NCBI GenBank assembly: GCA_000320545.1
Contig: ADNK01000127.1
Location: forward strand, 1 to 57,917
DNA length: 57,917 nucleotides
Source: Bigelowiella natans CCMP2755
Lineage: Eukaryota > Protista > Cercozoa
Direction: 5' to 3'
Shown here: positions 56,492 through 57,917 of the stretch, in pieces
Position numbering within the stretch: the stretch's first letter is position 1
How the letters are laid out: each line of letters opens with the position of its first letter
Translations under genes and position numbers: made by a program
Notes under the pieces: generated by a model
Database searches by the model: none
Told to the model about the DNA's origin: nothing
The model's input: only the letters and a program-made list of their open reading frames with translations

Positions 56492-57917
56492 ATGAATTTA
56501 AGTAAGAAAGCAGTTTATGATGCTAGAACAGTTCAGTTACCACCTGAATACAAAATCTCTAAGAGTTCTATGTCAGTCAATAACAAACAGATTAAATCCT
56601 TATCCGCAAGTGCGAGTAATCAAAACTATAACATTACCATACCTTCTTTGAATGTCTTCGTTGACCGAAAGATAAACTGGACTAGCGAGGTCACCCTTTT
56701 AGTCACCTTAAATAGAGGTGATTTTAATACTAATGCTGATTTTGGTGCTGGTGGAAACCCTGCTGCCGGTGCTAAAATCGCAACCTTAAGTGAAATCTTA
56801 TCCTTAAACAACTTCCCTTTACACAGAATGGTTTCCACAATGAGTTTACAAATCAACGATACAGTATCCACAACCAATTTAGACCAATCCATAAACGAGC
56901 AATTGCTTCTAATGACTACTGACCCAAAATATGACAGTAGCAGTGCGATTTGCCCTTCCTATTTATCACCTTATGGAAAATATAGCGAAGGCAAAGGGGC
57001 ATTCAATAATAGTATTACTGGGTTTTTTGACGGCGATAAATTCTACCACAAGAATGGAGCACATTTTGATGTGAACTTTGTAGATGAAAATGGCGATGTT
57101 TTAGCGGACAACTTTAATGGAAATGTGACCATAGGTGGTATTGCTTATCCATATGTAGATGGCGAACCAGTCGCAAGAGCAGTTGGAAATGCTGTCCAAG
57201 CAGAATATAAATTTTACCTAAAATTTACATCCAAAGAGAAACTTATGATTAGTCCGTTATGCTATGTTCCTGAGAATTATCATAGTGTAGGTTTATACGG
57301 TGTTAACAATGCTACCCTCCAAATCAATTTTAAAGACCCAAGTAGAGCAGTCTGCTACGATGGAAACAGAATCGGCACTCAAGCAGGTGATGTAACATGT
57401 AGAGCAGAATTCGTTACATTAGCGAATAAACCAGGACCATTTTTACAAAGTTATATAGATGTTGTGTATTTAACTCCTGCTTTAGACCTCAAAGTCAGTC
57501 CTGAAAATATTGTCCCATATATGGAGTTCCCTACATACAGAACTATTGATAGTAATGGTTTTCCTCAAGGGATAAACAACAGTAAAACCATATTATCATC
57601 CACCATAACATTACCAAGTATCCCTGATAGTTTAATTATTGCTGTTAAGAAAACAACATATGATGCGACCGAAAACGAATTCTATTTTCCCATCACAAAT
57701 TTAAACATTACCTTTGATAACAGAAGCGGTCTTTTAAACACAATGCCTGTGGATAAATTATACAAGATGAGTTATGATAATGGATTAGAAATTGATTTCC
57801 ACACCTATATTGGAAGCAGTAGAAGTAAAGGCAGAAAAATCCACACCAGTGGTGGTTTTGTCATTGCTAAAATGGGTAAAGATATTGAATTAAACCCTTC
57901 TCAAGCACCAGGTGTGA
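56492..57917 (+). CDS. Virophage major capsid protein (double jelly-roll), 3'-truncated by the window edge; absent from the supplied ORF track
   Basis: MNLSKKAVYDARTVQ..IPSLNVFVDRKINW..ITLPSIPDSLII..FDNRSGLL..KDIELNPSQAPGV; start and end read in the same frame (475 codons to the edge). Confidence 0.92.
   Translation, partial: MNLSKKAVYDARTVQLPPEYKISKSSMSVNNKQIKSLSASASNQNYNITIPSLNVFVDRKINWTSEVTLLVTLNRGDFNTNADFGAGGNPAAGAKIATLSEILSLNNFPLHRMVSTMSLQINDTVSTTNLDQSINEQLLLMTTDPKYDSSSAICPSYLSPYGKYSEGKGAFNNSITGFFDGDKFYHKNGAHFDVNFVDENGDVLADNFNGNVTIGGIAYPYVDGEPVARAVGNAVQAEYKFYLKFTSKEKLMISPLCYVPENYHSVGLYGVNNATLQINFKDPSRAVCYDGNRIGTQAGDVTCRAEFVTLANKPGPFLQSYIDVVYLTPALDLKVSPENIVPYMEFPTYRTIDSNGFPQGINNSKTILSSTITLPSIPDSLIIAVKKTTYDATENEFYFPITNLNITFDNRSGLLNTMPVDKLYKMSYDNGLEIDFHTYIGSSRSKGRKIHTSGGFVIAKMGKDIELNPSQAPGV

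Larger units (their letters stand above)
32085..57917. mobile_element. Endogenous virophage (Lavidaviridae-like provirophage); left junction ~32,085, right end outside the window
   Basis: Abrupt shift to AT-rich, densely packed, mostly intronless ORFs. Contains the four virophage core genes (MCP, penton, packaging ATPase, cysteine protease) plus helicase, PolB and lipase. Confidence 0.93.

Noticed and set aside
32085-57917. Bacterial prophage, contaminant or classic Polinton/Maverick
   Set aside because: MCP, penton, ATPase and protease motifs are virophage-type. There is no terminase or portal, no Shine-Dalgarno pattern, and no full-length pPolB or rve integrase in view.

Overview
Eukaryotic (protist-like) nuclear DNA with two compartments. 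Bases 1 to ~32,080 are intron-rich host sequence with microsatellite-filled introns. They encode an RCC1-repeat protein, an F-box protein, two NHL-repeat proteins, a small Cys-rich membrane protein, ABITRAM/FAM206A, and a signal-peptide/TM-anchored tandem aldo-keto reductase with apparent mutually exclusive exons. From ~32,085 to the window end lies an AT-rich, gene-dense endogenous virophage (Lavidaviridae-like). It carries the major capsid (open at the right edge), penton, packaging ATPase, cysteine protease, lipase, D5/SF3 helicase, a minimal PolB, a Pol-beta-type nucleotidyltransferase, nucleases and fibre genes. Three things in the provirophage stand out. (1) A spliced, GC-richer gene predicted to encode an MLKL-like four-helix bundle, an intact TKL kinase, a coiled coil and six Kelch repeats that are near-identical except at hypervariable loops; this looks like a virophage-borne cell-death or immune receptor. 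(2) The 1004-aa fibre gene is bracketed by two 42-bp hybrid sites with attL/attR (or TIR+TSD) geometry. (3) A second intron-containing cargo gene sits beside a divergent control region made of palindromic tandem repeats. All family assignments come from motif recognition by eye; no database search was run.
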